A DNA stretch of 64,000 nucleotides from TPA_inf: Saccharomyces (taxonomy: Eukaryota), in the NCBI GenBank assembly GCA_000146045.2, contig BK006947.3, positions 480,001 to 544,000 of the forward strand, written 5' to 3'. The position numbers and the translations under genes are program-made. The notes beneath the pieces were generated by a model. It saw nothing but the letters and a program-made list of their open reading frames with translations. It was not told the DNA's origin and made no database searches. Of this stretch, positions 35,763 through 46,085 are shown piece by piece. Each line of letters opens with the position of its first letter. Position 1 is the first letter of the stretch.

Positions 35763-36713
35763 CTAGATTATTTCTCTACCATTCAGGACATCATCCAAAA
35801 ACATCGATGGCGCCTGTCTTTTATGAGCCTTTTTAGGAGAGCTAGTATTTGAGGTAGCAGAAGCGACTGGTATGAGGCCCAAGGAGGATTGGTTTCTCTT
35901 ATGGTAGCCTTCCATTGAGTTAATTTTCTTTTCCTTTCTTTCAGGTGACGCTGCTCTTTGTGGTCTATTGAGGTTCAGCTTTCTCTCTTCTTCTTCTTCT
36001 TCTTCTTCTTCTAGATAGGTACCTACGTATAAAAATGGATCGTCAATAAAAATGTTAGTGTCTTTTGATTGATGGCGGCTATGACTTTTTTCATATTGTG
36101 ACACTTGTAAAGTAGGAGATATAAATAAGGATCTTCTGTTGTCTGTGAACGGATCCTGAATTGGGTTGAATGGTGAGGCAGCATCCTCGTATTGGCTAGA
36201 TTCTAATTGGCTCATAGAATCCCAATCATCCTGCATATATGATTTCTCATCATTGATGTCAAAGGGATTGCTTTGTAAAGAAGAACTATGCTTGTGGTGT
36301 CCCCTGTACAAATTTTTACTATCATTTGCATAAGAATTTGTCATTGTGAAACGACGAGACAAATAACTGGACACTAACCACCATATAAGAATACTGATAA
36401 AAATGGCACCTATGACAGCACCCACAGCAATGTATACAGTTCCATTTGGTTTATCAGCAGCATTTAAAATAAATGGGTTTCCTGCTGTAGATGGGGGTGT
36501 TATACTTGCGACAATTAGTGATGAGGAGGATGTTGCTCCACTGGAAGTTGAGAAAGCCGAAGATGTTAACGATGGAAGGGACTTGGAACTCGTTTCGGAC
36601 ACTACACTTGACGTGGGCTTTGACAGGGCGGTTGAACTAGTTGTAGTAGTAACTAAAGTAGGAAGGTCTCTTCTGACCAGCGATACAGACGGGATAAAGT
36701 TTTTCTTAACCAT
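35763..36713 (-). CDS. YNL058C: Uncharacterised single-pass membrane protein, 316 aa, with an EEEEEEEEE run encoded by a (CTT)n repeat.
   Basis: The track start at 36746 is TTG. The first ATG, at 36713 (MVKKNFIPS...), gives 316 aa. There is a Ser/Thr-rich ectodomain and one TM segment ([22 protein letters not shown]). Confidence 0.7.
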   Translation of the reverse strand: MVKKNFIPSVSLVRRDLPTLVTTTTSSTALSKPTSSVVSETSSKSLPSLTSSAFSTSSGATSSSSLIVASITPPSTAGNPFILNAADKPNGTVYIAVGAVIGAIFISILIWWLVSSYLSRRFTMTNSYANDSKNLYRGHHKHSSSLQSNPFDINDEKSYMQDDWDSMSQLESSQYEDAASPFNPIQDPFTDNRRSLFISPTLQVSQYEKSHSRHQSKDTNIFIDDPFLYVGTYLEEEEEEEEERKLNLNRPQRAASPERKEKKINSMEGYHKRNQSSLGLIPVASATSNTSSPKKAHKRQAPSMFLDDVLNGREII

Positions 36714-37248
36714 CTCTGCCGATGTTTCTTTCTGAACTTTTGACAAGGTATGAGTCTAGTTGATTATAATACAAGAGTGTGGGTATGTTATTAATAAACA
36801 TTATAAATTATTAACCCATATAGCTGCTAAATATAATTGAAAATCTAGTAATTTCTAATTATACATTTTTTTTTTTTACAAATGTTTTATGATATGTTTA
36901 CTATTTCCCGCTTTAGGAAATCATATTAAGGGTTTCATGAAAGAATTCTGCAGAGTGATCATTGGAAATCGGCAGAAAGTGAGAAGGGAGGCTGTCACCA
37001 GGTTCCCCTATACTATTCATGTGAGTGGTAGCATGCAAAGTAAAGACCCTTTTTCATTTAGTGATTCATCCATGAATAGCTCTTGGTGCTAGCCCAGATT
37101 TTTCAGTAATTTTTGTTTTTTCTTCTGAATTTTCCAGAATTAAAAAAAAGATCAGAAAAAAGCGAGAGTTTACTTAAGATATTAAAGTCTAGTTGATATA
37201 TCAACAAGTGAAGGCAAAATACCAATAGAGTGCACGTTTCTTGATGCT

Positions 37249-37842
37249 ATGAAATACATACCCCCATTAAATTTTTCGCCAGTGGTGAGCACGGATGTAT
37301 CGTTATATCGATCGGGATACCCGATGCCGTTAAATTATAGTTTCATCAAGCATCAGTTACACTTGAAGACCATAATATATATTGGCGATAAAGATAGGCC
37401 TCTCGAAGAATATCAAAGCTTCCTGGAGTCAGAAAAGATAAAATACTATCACATATTTATGGATTCAAGCCGCGATGAAGGAATTCAAGAAAGAATGAAC
37501 CAGGTCTTGCACTTGGTGCTGGATGTCAGAAACTATCCCATCTTAGTGCATTCCAATAAGGGCAAGCACCGTGTTGGTGTAGTTGTGGGAATCATAAGAA
37601 AGTTGTTACAGGGATGGTCCACTGCAGGTATATGCCAAGAGTACGGGTTATTTTCTGGTGGGATGAAAGATGGAGTAGATTTGGAGTTTATCACAATGTT
37701 CGAAACCAATCTGAAAATACCGAGAAACGTTATCCCTGGCTTTGCTAAACACTGCTTGTATTTGAATGAGCTAGAGGCTGCGGAAGGAAGTGATGATGAG
37801 TCAGGAAGTGAGTCTATTCTCACTGCCAAGCAACCAATATGA
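37249..37842 (+). CDS. OCA2: Tyrosine-phosphatase-like (Oca/Siw14 family) protein, 197 aa. It appears catalytically degenerate.
   Basis: ATG at 37249. Its size is that of a PTP fold, but HSNKGKHR stands where the CX5R motif is expected. Length and position match YNL056W. Confidence 0.8.
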   Translation: MKYIPPLNFSPVVSTDVSLYRSGYPMPLNYSFIKHQLHLKTIIYIGDKDRPLEEYQSFLESEKIKYYHIFMDSSRDEGIQERMNQVLHLVLDVRNYPILVHSNKGKHRVGVVVGIIRKLLQGWSTAGICQEYGLFSGGMKDGVDLEFITMFETNLKIPRNVIPGFAKHCLYLNELEAAEGSDDESGSESILTAKQPI

Positions 37843-37993
37843 TTATGAGAACCAGCCGTTACAAAGAATATTTTCTGTCATTAATATATTTGTATAAATA
37901 AAACAACAAGTCTAAAGATCAAGTAGAAAAATGGAAACAAGAACGAGCACATATATGGTATATAGTGAACATATATATATTAGATATATACGT

Positions 37994-38845
37994 TCAAGCG
38001 TCGAAGGACAAAGACCAACCTAGCTTGTGAACAGGTTCAGACAACTTCAAAGCATCGAAAGAGGAACCGACACCCAGAGTGACGCCAGGTCTTAACAATT
38101 GCTTGTAAGCCAAAGTGACAATACCGGAATCGGACACCTTAGCCTTAACTTGGGAAGATGCATCAGGCAAATATCTAGTGGCGAATTCGATGTTGACATT
38201 GGAGTTAGGTAGTTTGCAGTTCATTGTAGCCTTAGCACCGACCTGTAAAAAGGCGTTGACGTTTTGGAAGAAGTCAACGGTAGTTATTTGCTCGTTGTTC
38301 AATGTAGCGCCCAAGGAGTAGTCTTTGGCGAAATAACTTAAAGCCATGGCATAACGAGAAATGGAACCGGCGCTGATATCGTAACCAAACTCTGCGCCAC
38401 CAACAATACCTTCGTGGGCCATAGTTAAGTCACCAACAAATGTTGGTGACTTCAAACACAAGTCAAAGGCACCTCTTGCGGTGAAGAAAGGTTGTGTGAA
38501 CGTAGTGTTTAAGACGGCGGACTTGGCGACGCCTGGAGTCAAAGAAGTGATCAATTCGTTCTTTAGACCAGGGGTCAAGTTGGCAAACTCTAATTTGGTT
38601 TGCAAGTTGTTTGTGTTAGACCAGCCTTGAGTTAGACCCAAGCCGGTTTGCTTGTCATTCAACTTTGCTTCCACGTTAGTAGACAGTGGACCGTCTTTGA
38701 CAGGCTGTTTAGCCTTCAATGAGAACTTAATGCCATTGGCGGTTGTTGTTTGCACATCAAAGGCAGCTGGGGTAGCATGATAGAAATCCTTGTTCAATAG
38801 GTCATTGATATTTCTGGAGATATCGCTGTAAACTGGAGGAGACAT
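37994..38845 (-). CDS. POR1: Mitochondrial outer-membrane porin (VDAC1), 283 aa.
   Basis: The sequence MSPPVYSDISRNINDLLNKDFYHATPAAFDVQTTTANGIKFSLKAKQPV... is recognisable. It has high-expression codon bias. Confidence 0.95.
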   Translation of the reverse strand: MSPPVYSDISRNINDLLNKDFYHATPAAFDVQTTTANGIKFSLKAKQPVKDGPLSTNVEAKLNDKQTGLGLTQGWSNTNNLQTKLEFANLTPGLKNELITSLTPGVAKSAVLNTTFTQPFFTARGAFDLCLKSPTFVGDLTMAHEGIVGGAEFGYDISAGSISRYAMALSYFAKDYSLGATLNNEQITTVDFFQNVNAFLQVGAKATMNCKLPNSNVNIEFATRYLPDASSQVKAKVSDSGIVTLAYKQLLRPGVTLGVGSSFDALKLSEPVHKLGWSLSFDA

Positions 38846-39098
38846 TGTTGAGAGGTTGGTTTGATTTTTGCTTTGGGTACGCTTGGCTGTTTCGTGTTGG
38901 GAGAATCCGTAGCACTAATGAGTAGTGGAACGAGTTGGGGGTAGTTATATAGTAGATCAACTCGTGCTCTGCTGGCTATAAAAGGGGTTCTTTGTTGAGG
39001 AACGGCCGAAATGGCGGTGTTTGATTGGGCCGCAGCCGGCAAAAAGCACCGGAACCGTGAAAAAAGCTCGTCTGACGCGGAAACGTGCGGCAAAAAAT

Positions 39099-39162
39099 CT
39101 CCGCGACGGGGAATTGAACCCCGATCTGGCACGCGACAAGCGCCCATTCTGACCATTAAACT
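39099..39162 (-). pseudogene. 3' fragment (tRNA positions 9-72) of a tRNA-Asp(GUC) gene, cut by the Ty1 5' LTR.
   Basis: The minus strand reads AGTTTAATGGTCAGAATGGGCGCTTGTCGCGTGCCAGATCGGGGTTCAATTCCCCGTCGCGGAG, which is yeast tRNA-Asp from nucleotide 9 to the discriminator base. The anticodon GTC and the B box GGTTCAATTCC are intact. A T6 terminator follows (plus-strand aaaaaa at 39092-39097). The first 8 nt (TCCGTGAT) are missing here. Confidence 0.85.
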
Positions 39163-39496
39163 TGTTGGAATAAAAATCAACTATCATCTACTAACTAGTA
39201 TTTACGTTACTAGTATATTATCATATACGGTGTTAGAAGATGACGCAAATGATGAGAAATAGTCATCTAAATTAGTGGAAGCTGAAACGCAAGGATTGAT
39301 AATGTAATAGGATCAATGAATATTAACATATAAAACGATGATAATAATATTTATAGAATTGTGTAGAATTACAGATTTCCTTTTATGGATTCCTAAATCC
39401 TCGAGGAGAACTTCTAGTATATTCTGTATACCTAATATTATAGCCTTTATCAACAATGGAATCCCAACAATTATCTCAACATTCACCCATTTCTCA
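39163..39496 (+). repeat. Ty1 5' LTR (delta), 334 bp.
   Basis: It begins TGTTGGAATAAAAATCAACTATCATCTACTAAC and ends CACCCATTTCTCA. It contains the TYA ATG at 39456. Confidence 0.95.
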
Positions 39497-40778
39497 TGGT
39501 AGCGCCTGTGCTTCGGTTACTTCTAAGGAAGTCCACACAAATCAAGATCCGTTAGACGTTTCAGCTTCCAAAATTCAAGAATATGATAAGGCTTCCACTA
39601 AGGCTAACTCTCAACAGACAACAACACCTGCTTCATCAGCTGTTCCAGAGAACCCCCATCATGCCTCTCCTCAAACTGCTCAGTCACATTCACCACAGAA
39701 TGGGCCGTACCCACAGCAGTGCATGATGACCCAAAACCAAGCCAATCCATCTGATTGGTCATTTTACGGACGCCCATCTATGATTCCGTATACACCTTAT
39801 CAAATGTCGCCTATGTACTTTCCACCTGGGCCACATTCACAGTTTCCGCAGTATCCATCATCAGTTGGAACGCCTCTGAGCACTCCATCACCTGAGTCAG
39901 GTAATACATTTACTGATTCATCCTCAGCGGACTCTGATATGACATCCACTAAAAAATATGTCAGACCACCACCAATGTTAACCTCACCTAATGACTTTCT
40001 AAATTGGGTTAAAACATACATCAAATTTTTACAAAACTCGAATCTCGGTGGTATTATTCCGACAGTAAACGGAAAACCCGTACGTCAGATCACTGATGAT
40101 GAACTCACCTTCTTGTATAACACTTTTCAAATATTTGCTCCATCTCAATTCCTACCTACCTGGGTCAAAGACATCCTATCCGTTGATTATACGGATATCA
40201 TGAAAATTCTTTCCAAAAGTATTGAAAAAATGCAATCTGATACCCAAGAGGCAAACGACATTGTGACCCTGGCAAATTTGCAATATAATGGCAGTACACC
40301 TGCAGATGCATTTGAAACAAAAGTCACAAACATTATCGACAGACTGAACAATAATGGCATTCATATCAATAACAAGGTCGCATGCCAATTAATTATGAGA
40401 GGTCTATCTGGCGAATATAAATTTTTACGCTACACACGTCATCGACATCTAAATATGACAGTCGCTGAACTGTTCTTAGATATCCATGCTATTTATGAAG
40501 AACAACAGGGATCGAGAAACAGCAAACCTAATTACAGGAGAAATCCGAGTGATGAGAAGAATGATTCTCGCAGCTATACAAATACAACCAAACCCAAAGT
40601 TATAGCTCGGAATCCTCAAAAAACAAATAATTCGAAATCGAAAACAGCCAGGGCTCACAATGTATCCACATCTAATAACTCTCCCAGCACGGACAACGAT
40701 TCCATCAGTAAATCAACTACTGAACCGATTCAATTGAACAATAAGCACGACCTTCATCTTAGGCCAGAAACTTACTGA
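39456..40778 (+). CDS. Ty1 TYA (Gag) ORF, 440 aa.
   Basis: The ATG lies inside the LTR. The protein is the canonical Ty1 Gag. Confidence 0.95.
   Translation: MESQQLSQHSPISHGSACASVTSKEVHTNQDPLDVSASKIQEYDKASTKANSQQTTTPASSAVPENPHHASPQTAQSHSPQNGPYPQQCMMTQNQANPSDWSFYGRPSMIPYTPYQMSPMYFPPGPHSQFPQYPSSVGTPLSTPSPESGNTFTDSSSADSDMTSTKKYVRPPPMLTSPNDFLNWVKTYIKFLQNSNLGGIIPTVNGKPVRQITDDELTFLYNTFQIFAPSQFLPTWVKDILSVDYTDIMKILSKSIEKMQSDTQEANDIVTLANLQYNGSTPADAFETKVTNIIDRLNNNGIHINNKVACQLIMRGLSGEYKFLRYTRHRHLNMTVAELFLDIHAIYEEQQGSRNSKPNYRRNPSDEKNDSRSYTNTTKPKVIARNPQKTNNSKSKTARAHNVSTSNNSPSTDNDSISKSTTEPIQLNNKHDLHLRPETY
40758..40764 (+). promoter_or_regulatory. Ty1 +1 programmed ribosomal frameshift heptamer CTTAGGC.
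   Basis: CTT-AGG-C is in the TYA frame near the end of TYA. The +1 frame from GGC (40762) is open through to 44706. Confidence 0.9.
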
Positions 40779-43700
40779 ATCTACAGTAAATCATACTAAT
40801 CATTCTGATGATGAACTCCCTGGACACCTCCTTCTCGATTCAGGAGCATCACGAACCCTTATAAGATCTGCTCATCACATACACTCAGCATCATCTAATC
40901 CTGACATAAACGTAGTTGATGCTCAAAAAAGAAATATACCAATTAACGCTATTGGTGACCTACAATTTCACTTCCAGGACAACACCAAAACATCAATAAA
41001 GGTATTGCACACTCCTAACATAGCCTATGACTTACTCAGTTTGAATGAATTGGCTGCAGTAGATATCACAGCATGCTTTACCAAAAACGTCTTAGAACGA
41101 TCTGACGGCACTGTACTTGCACCTATCGTAAAATATGGAGACTTTTACTGGGTATCTAAAAAGTACTTGCTTCCATCAAATATCTCCGTACCCACCATCA
41201 ATAATGTCCATACAAGTGAAAGTACACGCAAATATCCTTATCCTTTCATTCATCGAATGCTTGCGCATGCCAATGCACAGACAATTCGATACTCACTTAA
41301 AAATAACACCATCACGTATTTTAACGAATCAGATGTCGACTGGTCTAGTGCTATTGACTATCAATGTCCTGATTGTTTAATCGGCAAAAGCACCAAACAC
41401 AGACATATCAAAGGTTCACGACTAAAATACCAAAATTCATACGAACCCTTTCAATACCTACATACTGACATATTTGGTCCAGTTCACAACCTACCAAAGA
41501 GTGCACCATCCTATTTCATCTCATTTACTGATGAGACAACAAAATTCCGTTGGGTTTATCCATTACACGACCGTCGCGAGGACTCTATCCTCGATGTTTT
41601 TACTACGATACTAGCTTTTATTAAGAACCAGTTTCAGGCCAGTGTCTTGGTTATACAAATGGACCGTGGTTCTGAGTATACTAACAGAACTCTCCATAAA
41701 TTCCTTGAAAAAAATGGTATAACTCCATGCTATACAACCACAGCGGATTCCCGAGCACATGGAGTCGCTGAACGGCTCAACCGTACCTTATTAGATGACT
41801 GCCGTACTCAACTGCAATGTAGTGGTTTACCGAACCATTTATGGTTCTCTGCAATCGAATTTTCTACTATTGTGAGAAATTCACTAGCTTCACCTAAAAG
41901 CAAAAAATCTGCAAGACAACATGCTGGCTTGGCAGGACTTGATATCAGTACTTTGTTACCTTTCGGTCAACCTGTTATCGTCAATGATCACAACCCTAAC
42001 TCCAAAATACATCCTCGTGGCATCCCAGGCTACGCTCTACATCCGTCTCGAAACTCTTATGGATATATCATCTATCTTCCATCCTTAAAGAAGACAGTAG
42101 ATACAACTAACTATGTTATTCTTCAGGGCAAGGAATCCAGATTAGATCAATTCAATTACGACGCACTCACTTTCGATGAAGACTTAAACCGTTTAACTGC
42201 TTCATATCAATCGTTCATTGCGTCAAATGAGATCCAACAATCCGATGATCTTAACTTCCAATCTGACATCGAACTACATCCTGAGCAACCGAGAAATGTC
42301 CTTTCAAAAGCTGTGAGTCCAACCGATTCCACACCTCCGTCAACTCATACTGAAGATTCGAAACGTGTTTCTAAAACCAATATTCGCGCACCCAGAGAAG
42401 TTGATCCCAACATATCTAAATCTGATATCCTTCCATCAAAGAAGAGATCTAGCACCCCCCAAATTTCCGATATCGAGAGTACTGGTTCGGGTGGTATGCA
42501 TAGATTAGATGTTCCTTTACTTGCTCCCATGTCCCAATCTAACACACATGAATCGTCGCACACCAGTAAATCTAAAGATTTCAGACACTCAGACTCGTAC
42601 AGTGACAATGAGACTAATCATACAAACGTACCAATATCCAGTACGGGTGGTACCAATAATAAAACTGTTCCGCAGACAAGCGAACAGGAGACTGAGAAAA
42701 GGATTATACACCGTTCACCTTCGATCGATACTTCCTCATCAGAAAGTAATTCACTACACCACGTCGTTCCTATCAAAACGTCAGATACCTGTCCTAAGGA
42801 GAATACAGAGGAATCTATAATTGCTGATCTTCCACTTCCCGATCTGCCTCCAGAACCTCCTACCAAATTATCAGACTCCTTTAAAGAACTTCCACCGATC
42901 AATTCTCGTCAAACTAATTCCAGTTTGGGTGGTATTGGTGACTCTAATGCCTATACTACTATCAACAGTAAGAAAAGATCATTAGAAGATAATGAAACTG
43001 AAATTAAGGTATCACGAGACACATGGAATACTAAGAATATGCGTAGTTTAGAACCTCCGAGATCGAAGAAACGAATTCACCTGATTGCAGCTGTAAAAGC
43101 AGTAAAATCAATCAAACCAATACGGACAACCTTACGATACGATGAGGCAATCACCTATAATAAAGATATTAAAGAAAAAGAAAAATATATCGAGGCATAC
43201 CACAAAGAAGTCAATCAACTGTTGAAGATGAAAACTTGGGACACTGACAAATATTATGACAGAAAAGAAATAGACCCTAAAAGAGTAATAAATTCAATGT
43301 TTATCTTCAACAGGAAACGTGACGGTACTCATAAAGCTAGATTTGTTGCAAGAGGTGATATTCAGCATCCTGACACTTACGACTCAGGCATGCAATCCAA
43401 TACCGTACATCACTATGCATTGATGACATCCCTGTCACTTGCATTAGACAATAACTACTATATTACACAATTAGACATATCTTCGGCATATTTGTATGCA
43501 GACATCAAAGAAGAATTATACATAAGACCTCCACCACATTTAGGAATGAATGATAAGTTGATACGTTTGAAGAAATCACTTTATGGTTTGAAACAAAGTG
43601 GTGCAAACTGGTATGAAACGATCAAATCATATCTGATTGAACAATGTGATATGGAAGAAGTTCGCGGATGGTCATGCGTATTTAAGAATAGTCAAGTAAC

Positions 43701-44706
43701 AATTTGCTTATTCGTTGATGATATGATATTGTTCAGCAAAGACTTAAATGCAAATAAGAAAATCATAACAACACTCAAGAAACAATACGATACAAAGATA
43801 ATAAATCTGGGTGAAAGTGATAACGAAATTCAGTACGACATACTTGGATTAGAGATCAAATATCAAAGAAGCAAGTACATGAAATTAGGTATGGAAAAAT
43901 CTTTGACAGAAAAATTACCCAAACTAAACGTTCATTTAAATCCAAAAGGAAAAAAACTTAGCGCTCCAGGTCAACCAGGTCTTTATATAGACCAGGATGA
44001 ACTAGAAATAGATGAAGATGAATACAAAGAGAAGGTACATGAAATGCAAAAGTTGATTGGTCTAGCTTCATATGTTGGATATAAATTTAGATTTGACTTA
44101 CTATACTACATCAACACACTTGCTCAACATATACTATTCCCCTCTAGGCAAGTTTTAGACATGACATATGAGTTAATACAATTCATGTGGGACACTAGAG
44201 ATAAACAACTGATATGGCACAAAAACAAACCTACCAAGCCAGATAATAAACTAGTCGCAATAAGCGATGCTTCATATGGTAACCAACCATATTACAAGTC
44301 ACAAATTGGTAACATTTTCCTACTCAACGGAAAAGTGATTGGAGGAAAGTCGACAAAGGCTTCGTTAACATGCACTTCAACTACAGAAGCAGAAATACAC
44401 GCAGTCAGTGAAGCTATTCCGCTATTGAATAACCTCAGTCACCTTGTGCAAGAACTTAACAAGAAACCAATTATTAAAGGCTTACTTACTGATAGTAGAT
44501 CAACGATCAGTATAATTAAGTCTACAAATGAAGAGAAATTTAGAAACAGATTTTTTGGCACAAAGGCAATGAGACTTAGAGATGAAGTATCAGGTAATAA
44601 TTTATACGTATACTACATCGAGACCAAGAAGAACATTGCTGATGTGATGACAAAACCTCTTCCGATAAAAACATTTAAACTATTAACTAACAAATGGATT
44701 CATTAG
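40762..44706 (+). CDS. Ty1 TYB (Pol: protease, integrase, reverse transcriptase, RNase H). It is expressed as a Gag-Pol fusion by +1 frameshifting.
   Basis: The +1 frame is continuous from the frameshift site to the TAG at 44704-44706. The integrase zinc-finger and DDE region and the RT YVDD-type motif (FVDDM) are visible. Confidence 0.9.
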   Translation, partial: GQKLTESTVNHTNHSDDELPGHLLLDSGASRTLIRSAHHIHSASSNPDINVVDAQKRNIPINAIGDLQFHFQDNTKTSIKVLHTPNIAYDLLSLNELAAVDITACFTKNVLERSDGTVLAPIVKYGDFYWVSKKYLLPSNISVPTINNVHTSESTRKYPYPFIHRMLAHANAQTIRYSLKNNTITYFNESDVDWSSAIDYQCPDCLIGKSTKHRHIKGSRLKYQNSYEPFQYLHTDIFGPVHNLPKSAPSYFISFTDETTKFRWVYPLHDRREDSILDVFTTILAFIKNQFQASVLVIQMDRGSEYTNRTLHKFLEKNGITPCYTTTADSRAHGVAERLNRTLLDDCRTQLQCSGLPNHLWFSAIEFSTIVRNSLASPKSKKSARQHAGLAGLDISTLLPFGQPVIVNDHNPNSKIHPRGIPGYALHPSRNSYGYIIYLPSLKKTVDTTNYVILQGKESRLDQFNYDALTFDEDLNRLTASYQSFIASNEIQQSDDLNFQSDIELHPEQPRNVLSKAVSPTDSTPPSTHTEDSKRVSKTNIRAPREVDPNISKSDILPSKKRSSTPQISDIESTGSGGMHRLDVPLLAPMSQSNTHESSHTSKSKDFRHSDSYSDNETNHTNVPISSTGGTNNKTVPQTSEQETEKRIIHRSPSIDTSSSESNSLHHVVPIKTSDTCPKENTEESIIADLPLPDLPPEPPTKLSDSFKELPPINSRQTNSSLGGIGDSNAYTTINSKKRSLEDNETEIKVSRDTWNTKNMRSLEPPRSKKRIHLIAAVKAVKSIKPIRTTLRYDEAITYNKDIKEKEKYIEAYHKEVNQLLKMKTWDTDKYYDRKEIDPKRVINSMFIFNRKRDGTHKARFVARGDIQHPDTYDSGMQSNTVHHYALMTSLSLALDNNYYITQLDISSAYLYADIKEELYIRPPPHLGMNDKLIRLKKSLYGLKQSGANWYETIKSYLIEQCDMEEVRGWSCVFKNSQVTICLFVDDMILFSKDLNANKKIITTLKKQYDTKIINLGESDNEIQYDILGLEIKYQRSKYMKLGMEKSLTEKLPKLNVHLNPKGKKLSAPGQPGLYIDQDELEIDEDEYKEKVHEMQKLIGLASYVGYKFRFDLLYYINTLAQHILFPSRQVLDMTYELIQFMWDTRDKQLIWHKNKPTKPDNKLVAISDASYGNQPYYKSQIGNIFLLNGKVIGGKSTKASLTCTSTTEAEIHAVSEAIPLLNNLSHLVQELNKKPIIKGLLTDSRSTISIIKSTNEEKFRNRFFGTKAMRLRDEVSGNNLYVYYIETKKNIADVMTKPLPIKTFKLLTNKWIH

Positions 44707-44728
44707 ATCTATTACATTATGGGTGGTA

Positions 44729-45062
44729 TGTTGGAATAAAAATCAACTATCATCTACTAACTAGTATTTACGTTACTAGTATATTATCATATACGGTGTT
44801 AGAAGATGACGCAAATGATGAGAAATAGTCATCTAAATTAGTGGAAGCTGAAACGCAAGGATTGATAATGTAATAGGATCAATGAATATTAACATATAAA
44901 ACGATGATAATAATATTTATAGAATTGTGTAGAATTACAGATTTCCTTTTATGGATTCCTAAATCCTCGAGGAGAACTTCTAGTATATTCTGTATACCTA
45001 ATATTATAGCCTTTATCAACAATGGAATCCCAACAATTATCTCAACATTCACCCATTTCTCA
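44729..45062 (+). repeat. Ty1 3' LTR (delta), 334 bp. By eye it is identical to the 5' LTR.
   Basis: It has the same sequence as 39163-39496 as far as I can compare manually. It is preceded by the polypurine tract. Confidence 0.9.
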
Positions 45063-45075
45063 AAACTATCACGGA
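45063..45075 (-). pseudogene. 5' fragment (positions 1-13, TCCGTGATAGTTT) of the same tRNA-Asp(GUC) gene, on the far side of Ty1.
   Basis: The plus strand reads AAACTATCACGGA directly after the 3' LTR. Its reverse complement is the tRNA-Asp 5' end. AAACT is repeated at both Ty1 junctions as the target-site duplication. Confidence 0.8.
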
Positions 45076-46085
45076 ATACTAATCGAAGACTAGTGACGCA
45101 CGTTACGCTATAGCAACAACGTCACAAGGATAACGTTAGTAGTTTTTTGGAAGGACAATTGCAAACTATATGTAAACGAACGAAGACACACAGTCCAAAG
45201 CTGTAACAACAACCACATATATAAATGGTAGTCTTCTAGGAAACTTCACTGTAAGATTAGATACGTAGAGGTGAAAGACAAGTTGAAGTTTGGATCGGAA
45301 GTTCCATTAATATTTGGGTAAGTAAGTTCGCCGCGCGGCAGAAACGGTGAGTACTTACTCACTTTTGTTCTAACTACAACAAAAAACTGTAAAAGTGGTG
45401 TAAGGTTTACGTTCCGTTTTGGTTGCAAATCATCAGCCCTGGTTTAAGCTTTATGTCCAACATTGGTTAGCGAAGGCACCGTACTGGTCTCGATGTCGGT
45501 GAGCAGGGGCGGCGAAATTCATTCCAATCTTGGATAATATATATGTATATATCTATACACGCGGCGAGATCTTGTCCTCTAATTTCCCTTCGCTAAATCA
45601 TTAAGAGGTCATTCATGAAGTTAATTCAGCACCAAAGTTGGACTGTTAGACACGAGATACACATTGCAGTCCAAATGTGCAGATTTTTCAGATAATTGTC
45701 GTCGCACAAGACTGCCCCTCCCGTCCTCAGACAGACACAAAATTAGATTTTACGTTTACATAAAGATGTACATAACTTGAAAAAACGTTAATCCCTCTTA
45801 AATTTAGACCTTGTAAGTCTTCCTGGCCACTCTTTGTGATATATTGTAGTGCAATATATTGATTCGTTCTTCTTATTTCTTTGTTCTTAGGCATTTCCGC
45901 TTTAGAAAATTCGTTGGGTGGTTTCTGCGACGGGTATCCCCTTCGATTTTGCATAATGATCTTCAATTCTACAACTAAAATCAAGTAGATACAGGAAAAT
46001 ATTCCATAAATTATAGTGTAAATCGCCCTGTATACACCTTATCGTTTCATCTCAGGCAAGTTAAAGCATTTGGGAAACGTGCTAG

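Larger units (their letters stand above)
39163..45062 (+). mobile_element. Full-length Ty1 LTR retrotransposon (about 5.9 kb) with both LTRs, TYA (gag), a +1 frameshift and TYB (PR-IN-RT-RNaseH).
   Basis: The 334-bp delta LTRs begin TGTTGGAATA and end TTCTCA. The tRNAiMet primer-binding site TGGTAGCGCC lies at 39497-39506. The polypurine tract GGGTGGTA lies at 44721-44728. TYA begins [30 protein letters not shown], and TYB has the integrase and RT (FVDDM) motifs. A 5-bp target-site duplication AAACT flanks the element. Confidence 0.95.

Noticed and set aside
36403-36735. 110-aa plus-strand ORF antisense to YNL058C (likely the dubious YNL057W), and other ORFs of 60-190 aa nested in or antisense to MKS1 (4244-4825), MLF3 (6903-7199), FKH2, VAC7, Ty1 and others.
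   Set aside because: They overlap well-supported genes on the opposite strand or in another frame. They have low-complexity composition and no recognisable domains. This is typical of chance ORFs in yeast.
44904-45113. 69-aa ORF starting at the TYA ATG copy inside the 3' LTR and reading out into the tRNA fragment and flank.
   Set aside because: It is a by-product of LTR duplication. The ATG is the Gag start copied into the 3' LTR and has no independent coding evidence.
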